Shown here: positions 61,635 to 64,000 of the stretch, in pieces | Position numbering within the stretch: the stretch's first letter is position 1 | Layout of the letters: each line of letters opens with the position of its first letter | The notes under the pieces: generated by a model | What the model saw: only the letters and a program-made list of their open reading frames with translations | Databases searched by the model: none | What the model was told of the DNA's origin: nothing | Translations under genes and position numbers: made by a program | Source: a virus | DNA: 64,000 nt | Strand: one strand, 5' to 3' | Virus record (IMG/VR): IMGVR_UViG_3300020583_000224 | Coordinates: 32,001-96,000 of that record

Positions 61635-64000
61635 GTGCCGCTGCCCGGCGACCTCAACAAGATCAGCGTCACGGCGACCTATCAGGACGCTGCGGGCAAC
61701 CCGCTCGCCGGGACCGTCACGTTCACCCCGTCGGCAGACCTCGCTGACTCGACCGGACGCGTCATCCTGCGTGCCGAGCCGATCCCCGCACAGGTCGTTG
61801 GCGGCGTCATGAGCCCGCCATCGCTCGCCTGCACGGATAACGCAAATATCGCCCCGACCGGGTGGACTTGGGCCGTCGTCGAGTACATCTCCGGCGCCAG
61901 CGCGAACGTCGCCACCCGCTCCTACTCGGTCCTGCTGCCGCACACTCTCGGTAGCACCGTGGATCTTTCGACGCTCTCCCCGGTCGTGCCGCAGCCCGGC
62001 GTCACCAACTACCTGCTCGCGACGAACAACCTCAGCGACCTGTCGAATGCGGCGACCGCCCGCACAAACCTGGGCCTCGGCACCGCCGCGACATCTGCCG
62101 CGACGGCGTTCGCGCAGACCGCGAACAACCTCTCGGATCTGGCCTCGGCGTCCACGGCGCGCACGAACCTGGGGCTCGGGGGAGCGGCCACCGAGAACGT
62201 CGGAACCGGCGCGGGCACTGTCGCGGCCGGGAATGACAGTCGGATCACCGGGGCGCTGCAAACGACCGGCGGCACGATGTCCGGGCCGATCGCCATGGGC
62301 AGCAACAAGGTCACCGGCTTGGCGAATGGCACCGCCGGGTCTGATGCGGCGGCGTTCGGGCAGATTCCCACCTCGGCCAGCGGCATCGGCGGCCTGCTCG
62401 CCGCGAACAACCTGAGCGACGTTGCGAACGTCACGACGGCGCGCGGGAACCTCTCGGCCGCCGCGTCCGGCTCGAACTCGGACATTACCGCGCTCACCGG
62501 TCTGACCACGGCGCTGCCTGTCTCCGAGGGTGGTACCGGGTCCACGACCGGCCCTGCGGCTCAGGTCGCGCTCGGCGGCGTGTCCTGGTTCAACGTCCAA
62601 GCCCCCGCCTACGGGGCCAAGGGCGACGGCAACATGGTCGCCGACGCGGCGATGACCGCGACGAGCGCGACGCTCACCTCCGCGACCGCGAACTTCACCG
62701 CAGGGGATGTCGGCAAGCTGGTCCAGGTGCGCGGCGCCGGCGCCGCGGGCGCCGACCTGAACACGACGATCAGCGGGTTCACCAACTCGACGACCGTCAC
62801 GCTCACGGTCGCCGCTGGAACCACCGTCAGCGCGGCCACGGCCGTGTACGCCACGGACTCCGCCGCAGCCTGCCAGTCCGCGTTCACCGCCGCGCAGGGC
62901 GTGTACTACGGCACGACCTACGTGCCGCCGGGCATCTACATGTGGTCGACGTTCGTGTCGATCAGCAAATGCATGCGGATCATGGCGAACGGCGCGCTGA
63001 TCATCACGACGAACTCCGGCGCCCTGAACCTCACCAACACGTTCTTGAGCCCCACGCCCGGGGTGTTCGGGCGCGGCAACGGCCTGGTCATCGAGGGCCT
63101 GGAGCTCGACTGCACCGGCGGCCACAACATCTACAACGTCAACCTGAGCAACTTCAGTTGGCGCGACATGGTCCTCACGCAGCGCTCCTCGAACTTCAGC
63201 GCCGTCTGGCACGACACGACCGGCACGAACTTCATCGGCGGCGACATCCGCAACGTCCTGACGTACGTGTACGGCTCGGCGCGCACTATCCAGGCCTGGC
63301 ACCTCGTCTCCCACGTCGGCGGCGGCCTCGCCCTGACGAAATGGACCAGGTGCCTGTTCCAGAACCAGGGCGCCGACACCGCGCAGTTCCTGCTGTGGAC
63401 CGAGGCACGCGGCGGCACGAACTACACCAACGGGCTCGAGCTCGACAGCTGCGTGTTCACTTCCGCCACTGGCGGCGGCGCCGCGTTCTGGAGCGCGCAG
63501 GGCGTCGTGCTCGTCAACTGCCGGGTCGTCAACTCGAACAACACTGTCAACGGCAACTCGATCTACCGGGTCGGCACCAACACCGGCTCCGGCGTGTCCA
63601 CGTACACCAGTCAGGGCGTCACGATCGTCGGCTGCGGCAGGGACCTGCCCGGTCCTGACGGCTCGACCACGTGGGACGTGCACCTCGACTCGACCGTCGA
63701 CCAGGTCGTCATCGAGGCCTACGAGTGCAGGTTCCGCAGCACGGACGCGGCGAAGACCCCGTTCTTCAACCTCAACTCGGCGACCCACGTGCTCGTGCTC
63801 GACTGCCCGACCGCGGTCATCACCAACCCGGGCAACGCCATCCAGATCCCGGTCACCGGCGACGGCAACACGCCCGGCACCGGCGACGGCGCGGTCAGCA
63901 TCCCGTCGCTCACCCTCGGCGCGGCGCTCCCGATCGGGTCCGGCGGCACCGGACAGGCCACCCCGCAGGCCGCGATCAACGCGCTCACGGGCACGCAGTC
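61635..64000 (+). CDS. tail fibre/tailspike-like protein with pectate-lyase-like beta-helix (3' truncated)
   Basis: Frame from GTG 61635 appears open to the window end; three NNLSD..TAR.NL fibre repeats; FNVQAPAYGAKGDG...DSAAACQSAF...YVPPGIY beta-helix cap; T/G/S/N-rich. Confidence 0.85.
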   Translation, partial: MPLPGDLNKISVTATYQDAAGNPLAGTVTFTPSADLADSTGRVILRAEPIPAQVVGGVMSPPSLACTDNANIAPTGWTWAVVEYISGASANVATRSYSVLLPHTLGSTVDLSTLSPVVPQPGVTNYLLATNNLSDLSNAATARTNLGLGTAATSAATAFAQTANNLSDLASASTARTNLGLGGAATENVGTGAGTVAAGNDSRITGALQTTGGTMSGPIAMGSNKVTGLANGTAGSDAAAFGQIPTSASGIGGLLAANNLSDVANVTTARGNLSAAASGSNSDITALTGLTTALPVSEGGTGSTTGPAAQVALGGVSWFNVQAPAYGAKGDGNMVADAAMTATSATLTSATANFTAGDVGKLVQVRGAGAAGADLNTTISGFTNSTTVTLTVAAGTTVSAATAVYATDSAAACQSAFTAAQGVYYGTTYVPPGIYMWSTFVSISKCMRIMANGALIITTNSGALNLTNTFLSPTPGVFGRGNGLVIEGLELDCTGGHNIYNVNLSNFSWRDMVLTQRSSNFSAVWHDTTGTNFIGGDIRNVLTYVYGSARTIQAWHLVSHVGGGLALTKWTRCLFQNQGADTAQFLLWTEARGGTNYTNGLELDSCVFTSATGGGAAFWSAQGVVLVNCRVVNSNNTVNGNSIYRVGTNTGSGVSTYTSQGVTIVGCGRDLPGPDGSTTWDVHLDSTVDQVVIEAYECRFRSTDAAKTPFFNLNSATHVLVLDCPTAVITNPGNAIQIPVTGDGNTPGTGDGAVSIPSLTLGAALPIGSGGTGQATPQAAINALTGTQ

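Noticed and set aside
62020-62460. Repeated GCGAACAACCT...GCACGAACCTGGG DNA segments as DGR template/variable repeats
   Set aside because: They encode in-frame NNLSD..ARTNLGL fibre repeats; no reverse transcriptase and no adenine-specific variation
61401-63788. 795-aa minus-strand ORF
   Set aside because: Antisense shadow of the plus-strand fibre gene, which the ORF track misses because it has no stop in the window

Overview
High-GC actinomycete (Streptomyces-like) temperate phage or prophage segment, mosaic with actinomycete integrative-conjugative-element (AICE)/plasmid modules. Family names come from motif recognition by eye; no database searches were run. 1-3 kb: HNH 3' end, replication initiator, helicase loader and DnaB. 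3-13 kb: rightward early genes (tandem LuxR-HTH, TetR-like, alphaCTD-like/HIT fusion, XRE, PQ-loop protein, WhiB1/WblE-like). 13.6-14.6 kb: second, HTH-type replication initiator. 17-37 kb: mostly leftward, translationally coupled small genes (2x DUF6221-like, DUF397, PadR), with an ATPase/NsdA-like/NUDIX island and an orphan FxSxx-COOH RiPP-precursor-like peptide. 37-41 kb: DUF4429-SHOCT, a MazEF-type TA pair, and a DnaB-NTD/AAA_25 helicase with an adjacent iteron-like array. 41-56 kb: KorSA-like GntR, Xis, DUF2637-like gene with an internal CGAAC repeat array, TraB-like FtsK/SpoIIIE translocase and RapZ-CTD. 56.5-64 kb: putative late regulator, a structured leader with tRNA-like elements, membrane genes, a permuted NlpC/P60 and a tail fibre/tailspike gene running off the window. 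No integrase, terminase, capsid, rRNA, complete tRNA or CRISPR array was seen. Best leads: the orphan FxSxx peptide (possible defence decoy), the phage-conjugation hybrid, and the tRNA-mimic RNAs lacking a canonical anticodon arm.
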